A stretch of DNA of 64,000 bases from a virus. The stretch spans positions 4,499 through 68,498 of IMG/VR virus record IMGVR_UViG_3300005529_000005. One strand, given 5' to 3'. Below, piece after piece: positions 54,992 through 63,996 of this stretch (position 1 is its first letter; every line of letters begins with the position of its first letter). The notes under the pieces are model-generated. The model saw only the letters and a list, made by a program, of their open reading frames with translations. It ran no database searches and was not told the origin of the DNA. Both the position numbers and the translations under genes were made by a program.

Positions 54992-56680
54992 ATGGGAGCG
55001 GTCGTCGTCCAGGGGAGCCAGCTCGGGAACGCGCTGAGCGAGTTGCTCTGCGCTCCGGACATCGTGCCGGGCGACCAACCCTCCTACGAGCTTTGCAAGA
55101 TCCTGTGGCTCTACCACCCCCTCGGCGCGAAGATGGTCGAGGGGCCGATCACCATGGCCCAGTCTCAGCCGCGGGAGATCAGCATCGCCGACGGCCCGGA
55201 GGACCTCTGCCGCGAGGCCTTCGTCGACCAGTGGGAGAAGGACCGGGCGGACGAGGTCATCTACAACGTGGCCTCCGTGGCGCGCGCCTACGGGATCGGC
55301 TCGCTCGCGCTGCAGTGCGAGGAGGTCCCCGCCGACCAGGCCATCGACCCGGCGAAGCTCCCCGACCTCAGCCTCTCGTTCCCGGTCTTCGACCCGCTGA
55401 ACACGGCGGGCTCGCTCGTGCTCAACCAGGACCCCAACAGCATCGACTTCATGAAGGTCCAGGGGATCGCGGTCGCGGGGCGCCCGTACCACCGCTCGCG
55501 GACCGTGACGATCATGAACGAGCGGCCGGTCTACATCGCCTACACGTCGTCGGCGTTCGGCTTCGTGGGCCGCTCCGTCTTCCAGCGGTCGCTCTTCCCG
55601 CTCAAGTCCTTCATCCAGACGATGCAGACCGACGACCTGGTCTCGAAGAAGGCGGGCGTCTTCATCGCCAAGCTCTCGACCGCCGGCGCGATCATCGACG
55701 GCATCATGCAGTCGATGGCGGTGGTGAAGCGGCTCTTCGTCCAGCAGTCGACGAACGGGAACGTGATCTCGATCGGGAAGGACGAGGAGATCGAGACGCT
55801 CAACATGCAGAACATCGACAAGGCGATGACGACCGCGCGCCAGAACATCCTGGAGAACGTCGCGACGGGGTCGGGCATGCCCGCGATCATCCTGAAACAG
55901 GAGACGTTCGCCGAGGGCTTCGGGGAGGGGACCGAGGACGCCAAGATGGTGGCGGGCTTCGTCTCCGCCTACCGCCGGCAGGTCAACCCGCTCTACGCTT
56001 TCATGGACCCGATCGTTCAGCGGCGGGCGTGGAACAAGGACTTCTACGCGCGGGTGCAGAACCTCTTCAGCCAGTACCGGGGGGTGGACTACGAGGTCGC
56101 CTTCCGCCGGTGGTCGAACTCCTTCAAGGCGCTGTGGCCGAACTACATCACGGAGCCGGACAGCGAGAAGGTCAAGACCGACAAGGTGAAGCTGGAGGCG
56201 ATCATCTCCATCGTGGAGGTCTTCGCGCCGCTCCTAGACCCGGAGAACAAAGCGAAGCTGGTCGAGGCGGCCTACGCGAACATCAACTCGAACGAGTTCA
56301 TGTTCCAGGAGCCCTTCGAGATCGACGTCGACGACCTGAGGGAGTACGTCCCGCCGCAGCCGATGATGGGCCAGGGCGGGGAGGAGGGCGGAGAGCCCGC
56401 CCCGGAGACGCTGAAGGCGGACAGCGACGGCGCGGCCGTGAGGCGCCTGATGCGGCGCTTCTCGGACGGGGACCTCGAGAACCTGATCAGCGTGGTCGCG
56501 GAGAACCCCGAGTGGCTCGCGAAGGTGCGGGGCGACGCGAAGCTGCAACTCGTTGACGGGACAAAGAAGAACGCCGCAACAGGCGCAACAAACGGCGCAA
56601 CAAAACCGTCCCGGGCCGCCTACTTCCGTGACTATCGTCGGCGCACGAGCGCGTCCCCTCGGGCGGCGGGGCGCGGGTGA
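54992..56680 (+). CDS. Portal protein (DUF1073 family)
   Basis: YELCKILWLYHPLGAKMVE, GFVGRSVFQR, NVATGSGMPAIIL; lies between terL and head morphogenesis. Confidence 0.88.
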   Translation: MGAVVVQGSQLGNALSELLCAPDIVPGDQPSYELCKILWLYHPLGAKMVEGPITMAQSQPREISIADGPEDLCREAFVDQWEKDRADEVIYNVASVARAYGIGSLALQCEEVPADQAIDPAKLPDLSLSFPVFDPLNTAGSLVLNQDPNSIDFMKVQGIAVAGRPYHRSRTVTIMNERPVYIAYTSSAFGFVGRSVFQRSLFPLKSFIQTMQTDDLVSKKAGVFIAKLSTAGAIIDGIMQSMAVVKRLFVQQSTNGNVISIGKDEEIETLNMQNIDKAMTTARQNILENVATGSGMPAIILKQETFAEGFGEGTEDAKMVAGFVSAYRRQVNPLYAFMDPIVQRRAWNKDFYARVQNLFSQYRGVDYEVAFRRWSNSFKALWPNYITEPDSEKVKTDKVKLEAIISIVEVFAPLLDPENKAKLVEAAYANINSNEFMFQEPFEIDVDDLREYVPPQPMMGQGGEEGGEPAPETLKADSDGAAVRRLMRRFSDGDLENLISVVAENPEWLAKVRGDAKLQLVDGTKKNAATGATNGATKPSRAAYFRDYRRRTSASPRAAGRG

Positions 56681-56859
56681 CCAAGGTCGTCCAGTTCCGA
56701 GACTTCCACCGGCCTGAGGAGACGGCGCCCCGCGACCGCGAGGCCGAGCGGGCGCAAAGCGCCATCGTCATCATCCTGCCGGTGGTGCGGATCGAGCACT
56801 ACGACCAGTTCCTCGACGACGATCCCCCGCCGAAGAGGAAGAAGCGGAGGCCGTTCTGA
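56677..56859 (+). CDS. Hypothetical protein
   Basis: AKVVQF/IIILPVVRIE motif; coupled on both sides. Confidence 0.55.
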   Translation: MTKVVQFRDFHRPEETAPRDREAERAQSAIVIILPVVRIEHYDQFLDDDPPPKRKKRRPF

Positions 56860-57914
56860 TGGCGACCGGCTCCTTCCAGGAGGTCCTGACCGCCGCGATC
56901 GAGGACATGCTCGAGCACGGCTTCGACTCGGTCGAGCGCGTCCAGCGGTGGACCCGGGAGCTGCGCGTCGCCGCGGAGCGGTCGCTCGTCTCCCCTCAGT
57001 CGGTCGAGGACGAGCTGCGGCGCGGCCTGGCGGCGACCTACCGCAAGATGGTCGACCGGGGTCAGCTGGTCCGCTTCAACCCGGGGGTGGAGCGGTTCAC
57101 CCTGGAGCGCATCCGCCCGGCGCTCCGCTCCGAGCTCGACCGGCGCATCATGGCGTCCGCCGACCTGATCAGGCTCAACCGGGAGGAGGCCGTCGAGAAG
57201 ACGCTCCGCCGGTTCGCCGGCTGGTCCACGTCGATCCCGAAGGGCGGGACCGACGCGGAGACGCGCGCGAAGGTCAGGGCCGAGCAGAAGAAGGCGATGG
57301 GCTCGCTCCCCTTCCAGGAGCGGCGCGTCCTGGTCGACCAGGGGCACAAGCTGGTCTCCTCGCTCAATGAGATCGTGGCGACCGACGGCGGGGCGATCGC
57401 GGGGCGGTGGCGGAGCTTCTGGCGCCAGCCCGGCTACGACTACCGGGAGGACCACAAGGCGCGCGACGACAAGGTCTTCCTGATCAAGGGATCCTGGGCC
57501 CACCGCGCGGGCCTCGTGAAGCCCGGGGACGCCGGCTACACCGACGACGTGACCAAGCCCGCGCAGGAGCCGTTCTGCCGCTGCCAGTACGTCTACCTCT
57601 ACAATCTGCGCGACCTCCCGGACGACATGCTGACCGCGAAGGGGCGCTCCGCGCTGACGGCCGCGCGCGGGATCGAGGAGGTCCGCTCGGCGCGGTTCGC
57701 CCGCGGCGACGCGGTGAGGGCAGACGCGGAGAAGGTCTCGAAGGCGTCGGTCCGCTACGTCGGCCCGTTCTCCCCGCGCCCGCAGGGGCGGCGATGCGAT
57801 GGCTGCACGATGTTCGCCGGCGCCCTCTCGTGCACGGCGGTGGCGGGTCAGATCGACCCCGGCGGCTACTGCGAGATTCACGAGCCGTCGCTCGAGCCCG
57901 CGCTGACGCCGTGA
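56859..57914 (+). CDS. Head morphogenesis protein (MuF/SPP1 gp7-like) with C-terminal HiPIP-like domain
   Basis: ERRVLVDQGHKL, YREDHKARD, PAQEPFCRC; C-terminal CDGC...C...C. Confidence 0.85.
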   Translation: MATGSFQEVLTAAIEDMLEHGFDSVERVQRWTRELRVAAERSLVSPQSVEDELRRGLAATYRKMVDRGQLVRFNPGVERFTLERIRPALRSELDRRIMASADLIRLNREEAVEKTLRRFAGWSTSIPKGGTDAETRAKVRAEQKKAMGSLPFQERRVLVDQGHKLVSSLNEIVATDGGAIAGRWRSFWRQPGYDYREDHKARDDKVFLIKGSWAHRAGLVKPGDAGYTDDVTKPAQEPFCRCQYVYLYNLRDLPDDMLTAKGRSALTAARGIEEVRSARFARGDAVRADAEKVSKASVRYVGPFSPRPQGRRCDGCTMFAGALSCTAVAGQIDPGGYCEIHEPSLEPALTP

Positions 57915-58268
57915 GCGGGGCGTACTCCTGGCTCCTCCGCGAGATCGCGGCGGACCTCGGCGTCCGACCCGGGATCAGGCGCGCGGCGGAGGCTCTCCTC
58001 GCGGAGTGCGAGAGGGGCCGAGATCACGAATTGTTACTCGCACGTCGTAGCGATTCCCGAGCGCGACCCCCTCGCGCCACCCCCGACGCGCAGCCAATTT
58101 CCCGTGTCCAGTTTTTCAGATCGGACGATCCGACACCTTGAATCGTAGGCGATCCGCGTCACGCGCGGTCGCGAATCGCGAAATCGGGAAAGTCGATTTG
58201 GTAAAGTCCTCCCCACGCGCGGGCGAACCCGTCCGGGCGGGCTGTTTGAAAACAGGGAGAAGGAATCG

Positions 58269-58589
58269 ATGACGATCCATCTTGAGAGCGCGCGGCCGAT
58301 GGCGTGGTGCGGCAGCTTCCACGTTCAGTGGTGCGAGCCGAACGATGTATGGCCGCGCGGCGGGTGGTCCCTCTATCAAATCTCGGGCGACGACATCGCG
58401 TCGCGCGTCGTCTACGAGAAGGGGAAGGGACGGACCCACATCGTGAAGGAGCGGCACCCGTGGTGCGGCTACCTGGGAATGGTCGAGACGCTCGAAGAGC
58501 TGCGCGTCGGGATCGAAGCGGTGACGCGGATCGAGTGGAAGCTCAGCGAGAACGGCGCGACCCGGGTCCGGGTGGCGTCCCGCGCGTGA
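58269..58589 (+). CDS. Hypothetical protein (moron-like)
   Basis: Lower-GC upstream spacer with CAGGGAG RBS; followed by a terminator. Confidence 0.55.
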   Translation: MTIHLESARPMAWCGSFHVQWCEPNDVWPRGGWSLYQISGDDIASRVVYEKGKGRTHIVKERHPWCGYLGMVETLEELRVGIEAVTRIEWKLSENGATRVRVASRA

Positions 58590-58594
58590 ACGAC

Positions 58595-58626
58595 GGCCGC
58601 GCTCCTCCGGGGGCGCGGCCCTTTTT
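58595..58626 (+). terminator. Rho-independent terminator
   Basis: GGCCGCGCTCC-TCCG-GGGGCGCGGCC then CTTTTT. Confidence 0.7.
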
Positions 58627-58673
58627 GCGTGCTCGCGCCGATTCGCGTATGTTGCCCGGCGGAGGGTCCCGCC

Positions 58674-58973
58674 GTGAAAGAGCTTCGCCTCACCGACCGC
58701 GAGCTTCAGCTCATCGCGCCCGCGCTTCGGGACCGCCTGAGCAAGGCCGGCTTCGTCGCCCAGGACAGCGAGGGCAACCAGCCGGCCGGCTTCGCCTTCC
58801 CCATCACCCTGAACCTAGTCGGCGACGTCGAGCTTCGCCGCGACGAGGACGAAGGCGTGTGGATATTCCGGCAGGTCGAGCACGGCGACGTGGCGGAACG
58901 AACCGAGTTCGCGGAGCGCGCCCACGTCGAGGCCGCCAGCCGCACGGCCGCCGACATCATCGCGAAGGGCTGA
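58674..58973 (+). CDS. Hypothetical protein
   Basis: GGAGG RBS with GTG. Confidence 0.55.
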   Translation: MKELRLTDRELQLIAPALRDRLSKAGFVAQDSEGNQPAGFAFPITLNLVGDVELRRDEDEGVWIFRQVEHGDVAERTEFAERAHVEAASRTAADIIAKG

Positions 58974-58978
58974 CCCTC

Positions 58979-59956
58979 ATGCCGCTCACCGGGAAGGGCG
59001 AGAAGATCCTCGAGCACCTGGAGGCGGAGTACGGGGCCGAGAAGGGGAAGAGCGTGCTCTACGCCGGCAAGAACGCGGGGACCTTCAGCGGGATCGACGC
59101 GCTCGCGGACGCGGTGGCGGCGATGTGCGACCGCTTCGACGACGCGTGCGCCAGGCGCGACGCCGAGGACGTGAAGAGGTTCCACCGCTACGGCGGGACG
59201 CAGAGCGAGGACCCGAGCAAGGAGAACTACTACAACGCGAGCGCGGTCCAGCAGGCGATCGAGGCGTCGAACCGCGCGGGCCGGCGGATCGGGAAGGGCG
59301 AGGCGAAGCTGATCCACTCTCTCATGCAAGGGTGGCGCGGGCGCGCCGACGCGGTGACGAGCCCGGACTACGCGCTCCTCATGCAGGAGCGGGACCGCGC
59401 CGTGAAGGCCTACGGCAGCGCGCACAGCGCGTGGAAGGAGGGGAAGCTCTCCGCGAAGGAGTTCCTGGCGGCGCGCAACGTCTTCGACCAGGAGACCATC
59501 GACTTCGACCGGGCCTACGCGAAGCAGGCCGGGTGGCTCCCGACGGGGTGGCTGACGCGCTCAGACGCTACTGATTTTCCCACCGACTTCACCTGGAAAG
59601 GCAAGCACTACTACGCCACCGGGAAGAAGGGGACCAATCGCGCCAGCGGAGAAAAATCAGCAGAATATGAATCCGTTGATAAAGAGGGTCACCTCACCGG
59701 AGACCGCGTATGGAGAACGGCATCGGGAGAGACGCGCGGCGACGACCACCGGGTGATCGGCGGCGTCCACGTCGACGCGAACTCCCCCGCCTACGAGGCC
59801 GCGCTCTCGGCCTTCAAGACGGCCTCCGCGAAATTCCGTGAGGCTCAGCGCGCGTATCGCGCTAAGGAGATCAGCGACGCCGCCTTCTTGGCGGCGAAGG
59901 CCGAGTACTCGGCGGCCGAGCGAGAGATGGACCGGGCGACGCCCGCGGGACACTGA
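58979..59956 (+). CDS. Modular head-region protein with duplicated helical domain
   Basis: MPLTGKGEKIL...KGKSVLYA..N N-terminal module, then several short domains separated by RxD motifs. Confidence 0.7.
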   Translation: MPLTGKGEKILEHLEAEYGAEKGKSVLYAGKNAGTFSGIDALADAVAAMCDRFDDACARRDAEDVKRFHRYGGTQSEDPSKENYYNASAVQQAIEASNRAGRRIGKGEAKLIHSLMQGWRGRADAVTSPDYALLMQERDRAVKAYGSAHSAWKEGKLSAKEFLAARNVFDQETIDFDRAYAKQAGWLPTGWLTRSDATDFPTDFTWKGKHYYATGKKGTNRASGEKSAEYESVDKEGHLTGDRVWRTASGETRGDDHRVIGGVHVDANSPAYEAALSAFKTASAKFREAQRAYRAKEISDAAFLAAKAEYSAAEREMDRATPAGH

Positions 59957-61899
59957 TGAAGAAGGCCGCAGGCATCCTCTTCCTGTCTATGCTCGGCAAC
60001 GCGCTCTTCCTGAAGCGCGCGACGAATGCCGACCACGGTCACCCGGGAGAGTGGGACTTCCCCGGAGGTCACCTCGAGGACGGCGAGAGCCCGGAGGACG
60101 CGGCCGTCCGCGAGACCCGCGAGGAGATCGGCTTCCTGCCCGAGGGCACGCGCGTTTTCCACACCAGGACAAAGGGCTCCGCGTCGGTCTCGGTCGGCGT
60201 GGCGGGCAACGGCGCGCCGGCGATTCTCCCTGTTTCGTCCGGCGCGCCGCAGCTCCCTCCGTCCAACCCGGAGGACCCCTACGCGGCCGACTACACGACC
60301 TTCGTCCAGCGCGTGACTAACGAGTTCGTGCCCGAGCTCAACGAGGAGCACGAGGGTTGGGCGTGGGCGCCGGTGCTCGCGCCGCCCGAGCCGCTCCACC
60401 CGGGGACCAGGATCTCGCTCGACCGAATCGGCATGGACGAGACGGCGGTGGCGCGCGCGATCGCGGACGGCCGCCTCTCCTCCCCGCAGCGGTACGAGAA
60501 CGTCACGCTCTTCGCGATCCGAATCACCGGGACGGGCGTCGCCTACCGGAACGCGCTCGACGAGTACGTCTACCGCGGCCCGGAGAACTACCTGAACGAC
60601 GACTTCCTCGCGCGCTGCAACGGCCTCCCGGTCGTCTACCTGAAGCGTAACGGCACGAAGAAGGACGGCTTTCACCCGGCCGGCGCGCTGCTCAATTCCG
60701 ACGAGTTCGCCGAGAGAGTTGTCGGCACGATCGTTTTGCCGTACATTGCAGGCAACGAGGTCTGGGGCGTCGCGCGGATTTACGACGATCCCGCCGCCTC
60801 CGACATGGAGGAGAAGCAGCTCTCGACGTCCCCGGCGGTCTTCTTCCGGGACGTCAGCGTCAACGCCAAGGTCCAGCTTGAGGACGGGTCGACGCTGCTG
60901 ATCGAGGGTAAGCCGAGCTTGCTCGACCACGTGTGTGTGTGCGAGCAAGGTGTCTGGGACAAAGGCGGGCCGCCCACGGGGGTGCGCTCCGAATCACGAG
61001 GGGACTCAGCGATGACGCCCGAGGAAGAGGCCAAGGCCAAGAAGGACGCCGAAGCTGCGGCGGAGAAGGAAAAGGCCGACGCCGCGCGGCGGGACGCTGA
61101 GGAGAAGGAGAAGGCCGAGAAAGAGAAGGCCGACGCGGCGCGCCGCGACTCCGAGACCTCCAACAAGGACCTGAAGGCGATCGCGGACGCGGTCGGCGGC
61201 CTGGCCAAGCGCATGGACGCCTGGGACGAGGCGGCGAAGGAGAAGCAGGCGAAGAAGGACGCGAAGCGCGCGCGCCGCGACGCCGAGCAGAAGACCCCCG
61301 AGCAGCTCGCGGCCGACAAGGCCAAGAAGGACGCCGAGGAGAAGGAGGCCAAGGAGGAGAAGGAGAAGGCCGACGCCGCCAAGGCGGACGCCGCCCTCAA
61401 GGCTGACCTCGACGGCACGAAGAAGCGGCTCGAGGAGATCACGGCCATGATCCCGAAGGCGGTCGGCGACGCGGTCCACTTCACCATGATCGAGTGTCAG
61501 GCCCGCGCCGACGAGGTCTTCCGCGAGTTCGGCGAGCGCGCGCCGATCCCCCAGAACGGCGAGACGCCGATGATCTACGAGCGCCGCTGCGTCCGCGCGC
61601 TGCGCAAGCACAGCCCGACCTGGGCCAAGGTGACCGACGACGCCTTCGGCACGGCGTTCGCCGACGACGCCTCCTTCGGCGTGGTGCGAGACCAGGTCTA
61701 CGAGCAGGCGATCAAGACCGCGCGCGACCCGTCGACCGTCCCGGTCGGCCAGCTGCGCGAGGTCGTGAAGCGCGGCGACGGCGGCCACACCGTCCGCGAG
61801 TTCCACGGGAGCCCGCGCGCGTGGATGGACCAGTTCGCCGGCGCGACGAAGCTGAAGGCCGAGGGCGACTGGAAAGGTCTCCCGGGGCGCCCGCACTGA
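59956..61899 (+). CDS. NUDIX hydrolase / DUF2213 (putative prohead protease) / scaffold fusion
   Basis: Intact Nudix box GGHLEDGESPEDAAVRETREEIG; IRITGTG, LSTSPAV, LDHVCVC..GVWD; K/E/A/D-rich scaffold tail. Confidence 0.88.
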   Translation: MKKAAGILFLSMLGNALFLKRATNADHGHPGEWDFPGGHLEDGESPEDAAVRETREEIGFLPEGTRVFHTRTKGSASVSVGVAGNGAPAILPVSSGAPQLPPSNPEDPYAADYTTFVQRVTNEFVPELNEEHEGWAWAPVLAPPEPLHPGTRISLDRIGMDETAVARAIADGRLSSPQRYENVTLFAIRITGTGVAYRNALDEYVYRGPENYLNDDFLARCNGLPVVYLKRNGTKKDGFHPAGALLNSDEFAERVVGTIVLPYIAGNEVWGVARIYDDPAASDMEEKQLSTSPAVFFRDVSVNAKVQLEDGSTLLIEGKPSLLDHVCVCEQGVWDKGGPPTGVRSESRGDSAMTPEEEAKAKKDAEAAAEKEKADAARRDAEEKEKAEKEKADAARRDSETSNKDLKAIADAVGGLAKRMDAWDEAAKEKQAKKDAKRARRDAEQKTPEQLAADKAKKDAEEKEAKEEKEKADAAKADAALKADLDGTKKRLEEITAMIPKAVGDAVHFTMIECQARADEVFREFGERAPIPQNGETPMIYERRCVRALRKHSPTWAKVTDDAFGTAFADDASFGVVRDQVYEQAIKTARDPSTVPVGQLREVVKRGDGGHTVREFHGSPRAWMDQFAGATKLKAEGDWKGLPGRPH

Positions 61900-61961
61900 C
61901 CTGACCCGACCCGCCTGAACAGGGACCAGACCGCGAACCGCCTCCGAGGAGCAGCGCCAAG

Positions 61962-62840
61962 ATGTCGACCCAGATCACGATCAACCCGTACCAGACGAGC
62001 GTCGGCAACGCGGGCCTCTTCACCGCGAAGTCGGACGGCCTGCGCCAGGGCACCGCGTACCCTGACCCGTCGACCCGCCACCGTCTGCGCGGCGGCCTGC
62101 TCGCGACGACGGAGACCCTCCCGATGTGGGGCGGCGTCGGCGTCTTCGCGAACGTCCCGGGCGGCTCGGGCAACCCGAGCTACACGCTCGGCCCGATCGT
62201 CGGCCGCGCGCTGAGCCTGAACGACGCCGCGAAGCCCCTCGCCGGCTTCTCGGTCTTCGACCAGGCCTACAACATGATCACGTCGCCGCAGTCCCCGGTG
62301 CCGCTGATCGGCCCGAGCGGCCAGGTCAACTGGTATCCGCTCGGCTCGCTCGCCCGCATCGCGGTGGCGTGCGACCCGATCCTGGTCGACCTCCGGGGCG
62401 GCCCGATCGGAGCCCAGGTCTCGTGGGACTTCACGAACCAGCTGCTCATCCCCTTCGAGGGCACGCTGACGGTCTCCTCGGGCACCTACAACAACACGAC
62501 CGGCGTGATCACGCTGGTCATGTCGGCCCCGGTCACGTTCGGCCCGGGCGACTCGGTCACGCTCGCCTCGCTCACCGGCACCGGCGCCTTCGCCTCGCTC
62601 GACGGCACGTGGACCGCGCTCACCGCGTCGGGCACGGGCGTCACGCTCCAGGGTCCGGTCGGCGTCGGCGCCTCGACGATCACGGGCGGCAGCGCCACGG
62701 TCGGCGGCGCGGCCAGCCAGGCGCTCCCGTGCAAGGTGCTCGACGTGCAGGCCACGAACTGCGAGACGGTGAGCTACGCCGCGGCGACGGGCTTCGCGAC
62801 CTGGAACTTCAACGGCGCGTGCGCCGTCATCCAAATCTGA
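61962..62840 (+). CDS. Capsid decoration/cement protein with inserted beta domain
   Basis: Between scaffold and MCP; TLPMWGGVGV, LARIAVACDP. Confidence 0.7.
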   Translation: MSTQITINPYQTSVGNAGLFTAKSDGLRQGTAYPDPSTRHRLRGGLLATTETLPMWGGVGVFANVPGGSGNPSYTLGPIVGRALSLNDAAKPLAGFSVFDQAYNMITSPQSPVPLIGPSGQVNWYPLGSLARIAVACDPILVDLRGGPIGAQVSWDFTNQLLIPFEGTLTVSSGTYNNTTGVITLVMSAPVTFGPGDSVTLASLTGTGAFASLDGTWTALTASGTGVTLQGPVGVGASTITGGSATVGGAASQALPCKVLDVQATNCETVSYAAATGFATWNFNGACAVIQI

Positions 62841-62895
62841 CGGTCAACGGGGAAACGGGAAGGCGCGCTGCGCCGGGGTTTTTTAGGGAGCCACC

Positions 62896-63921
62896 ATGAC
62901 GATCCAGGCCCACGCCTACGTGACGGTCAACCCGTCCTTCATCGAGCCCGAGTACCTGATCCAGTACAATCAGGTGTCGGGGTTCGTGGACACGCTCGCC
63001 GACGAGCAGCTGCGCGTCCGCCTCGCCGAGGACGACCTGCTGGTCTACATGAAGCAGATGAACGTCCGCACGAAGATGGCGGCGGGAGCGGGCGCCTCCT
63101 ACAACGAGCTCCCGGGCGTCGACATCATGACGTCGATGCTCTCGACCCCGACCTACCTCTTCCAGGTCGGCGCGGAGTGGAACCACCACGACGTGGCGGC
63201 GGGCTCACGGTGGGGCTTCGCGGTCCCGGAGGCCTACCGCCTCGGCGGCCGTCAGGCGCACTTCCAGCTCGCCCGCGACGCGAACCTCTTCGGGATGAAC
63301 CCGCAGCTCGGCGAGGGTCTTCTCAACGCCTCTGGAGCGACGCTGGTCAACCTGCCGCCCGACTCGAACGGCAACGACACCGTGGTCACCTACGACAACG
63401 GCCAGATGGCGTTCTTCCTCGCGCAGCAAATCCTGAACGTCAAGACGCGGACCTACCAGCTCGGCCGCGGCAAGAAGTTCACGATCCTCGGCCCGCAGCG
63501 GACGCTCGGCCTCTTCGAGTACAACGTCGTCCAGCTGGTCCAATTCCAGCGGCAGGGCGCCGGCACGACCTCCACGGCGGGGACGCTGAAGGAGATCCTG
63601 ATGGCGAACGGCGACTCGCTCACCTGGTCGTACGACGACACGCTGATCGGCGCCGGCGCGGGCGGCAACGACGCGGTGATCATCGCGATGCCGGAGGTCG
63701 AGGCTCCCCCGGGCAACCCGGCGGTGAACACGAACGAGTTCGCGAAGATCAAGCCCGGCGCGAACGTCTGCCTCACCCAGTACTGCGACATGGCCGCGCC
63801 GCGGGAGATCACGTCGCCGCTGCCGCGCGGCGCGACGGACTTCCTGCAGGAGTGGCGTCTGACCTCCGGGTGGGCGCCGCGCTCCCAGGCGCTCACGATC
63901 GTGTCGATGCAGTATCAGTGA
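62896..63921 (+). CDS. Major capsid protein (DUF2184-like)
   Basis: 341 aa after the decoration gene; VNPSFIEPE, LFGMNPQLGEGLLNA, RLTSGWAPR. Confidence 0.85.
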   Translation: MTIQAHAYVTVNPSFIEPEYLIQYNQVSGFVDTLADEQLRVRLAEDDLLVYMKQMNVRTKMAAGAGASYNELPGVDIMTSMLSTPTYLFQVGAEWNHHDVAAGSRWGFAVPEAYRLGGRQAHFQLARDANLFGMNPQLGEGLLNASGATLVNLPPDSNGNDTVVTYDNGQMAFFLAQQILNVKTRTYQLGRGKKFTILGPQRTLGLFEYNVVQLVQFQRQGAGTTSTAGTLKEILMANGDSLTWSYDDTLIGAGAGGNDAVIIAMPEVEAPPGNPAVNTNEFAKIKPGANVCLTQYCDMAAPREITSPLPRGATDFLQEWRLTSGWAPRSQALTIVSMQYQ

Positions 63922-63959
63922 TCCATCTTTCCGCCGTCAGGCGGGGGGTGTAGAAGGAG

Positions 63960-63996
63960 GGGGAGGACGCGGCCGCAGCCAGTCCTCCCCTTCGTC
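63960..63996 (+). terminator. Possible terminator after MCP
   Basis: GGGGAGGAC-(13 nt)-GTCCTCCCC then TTCGTC; weak U-tract. Confidence 0.35.

Noticed and set aside
56570-56604. Short (G/C)CGCAAC triple repeat in the portal 3' end
   Set aside because: Encodes a low-complexity linker (NAATGATNGAT); too short to imply function.
54992-56680. Anti-CBASS Acb1 function sometimes attached to DUF1073
   Set aside because: Size and position between terL and MuF indicate the portal; no 2H-phosphoesterase motifs recognised.
12940-61930. Recurring AACAGGGA(G) and GGAGAAC motifs upstream of genes
   Set aside because: Located 5-15 nt before start codons; best explained as Shine-Dalgarno variants, not a regulon.
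862-62834. Many long alternative-frame ORFs (e.g. 862..2433-, 3101..5212-, 8493..10976-, 11918..14176-, 37041..39800-, 41747..43957-, 52927..54225-)
   Set aside because: Arg/Gly/Pro-rich shadow frames expected at this high GC content; they overlap genes with clear motifs.
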